This document shows positions 19,817 through 20,000 of a stretch of 20,000 bases of DNA, one piece after another. This stretch comes from Cirrosporium novae-zelandiae. Its lineage: Eukaryota. The notes under the pieces were generated by a model. The model was not told the origin of the DNA. It worked only from the letters and a program-made list of their open reading frames with translations, and made no database searches. Made by a program: the position numbers and the translations under genes. The stretch lies in contig JAPETS010000057.1 of the NCBI GenBank assembly GCA_026023565.1, positions 123,658 through 143,657 of the forward strand, in the 5' to 3' direction. Position 1 is the stretch's first letter; each line of letters starts with the position of its first letter.

Positions 19817-20000
19817 CATACCAGATGAATCCTACCCACCTACCTCCATCCCCGTATGCCCAGTGTACCACGTATGTATTTCATTGGTTGGTTGATTGAA
19901 TATCCCCCGACCAACTTGCCTGTCCTGTCCTGCCCTGGTGGAGTAAAGATCCGTCCCCCCCCCCCCCCTCCCTAACCCCCCATATCTGTTAACACAAGCT

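Overview
Eukaryotic genomic DNA from a filamentous ascomycete (Pezizomycotina-like). Introns are mostly short GT-AG introns with RCTRAY branch points. I can model nine protein-coding genes. The conserved core holds a small hydrophilic protein, a secreted DUF3455-like protein, a HIRIP3-like nuclear protein head-to-head with ERV1, the 7-exon alpha-COP gene COP1, and two uncharacterised proteins. At the ends are two probable cullin-ligase adaptor genes, F-box-like on the left and BTB/POZ with a C-terminal CxxC..CxxC on the right, both in microsatellite- and homopolymer-rich DNA. No rRNA, tRNA, CRISPR array or autonomous transposon is evident. The most unusual signals are: (1) a 30-bp perfect (38-bp near-perfect) fold-back in an oversized intron that pairs a cryptic GTGAGT donor with a branch-point-like ACTCAC; (2) a degenerate ~150-bp tandem array with a nested 24-bp repeat upstream of the F-box-like gene; (3) an abrupt C-rich to G-rich switch within one BTB exon; (4) a strongly non-consensus GTCCTC donor in COP1; (5) a possible premature or readthrough TAG in the small protein gene. 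All family calls come from motif recognition, not database searches.
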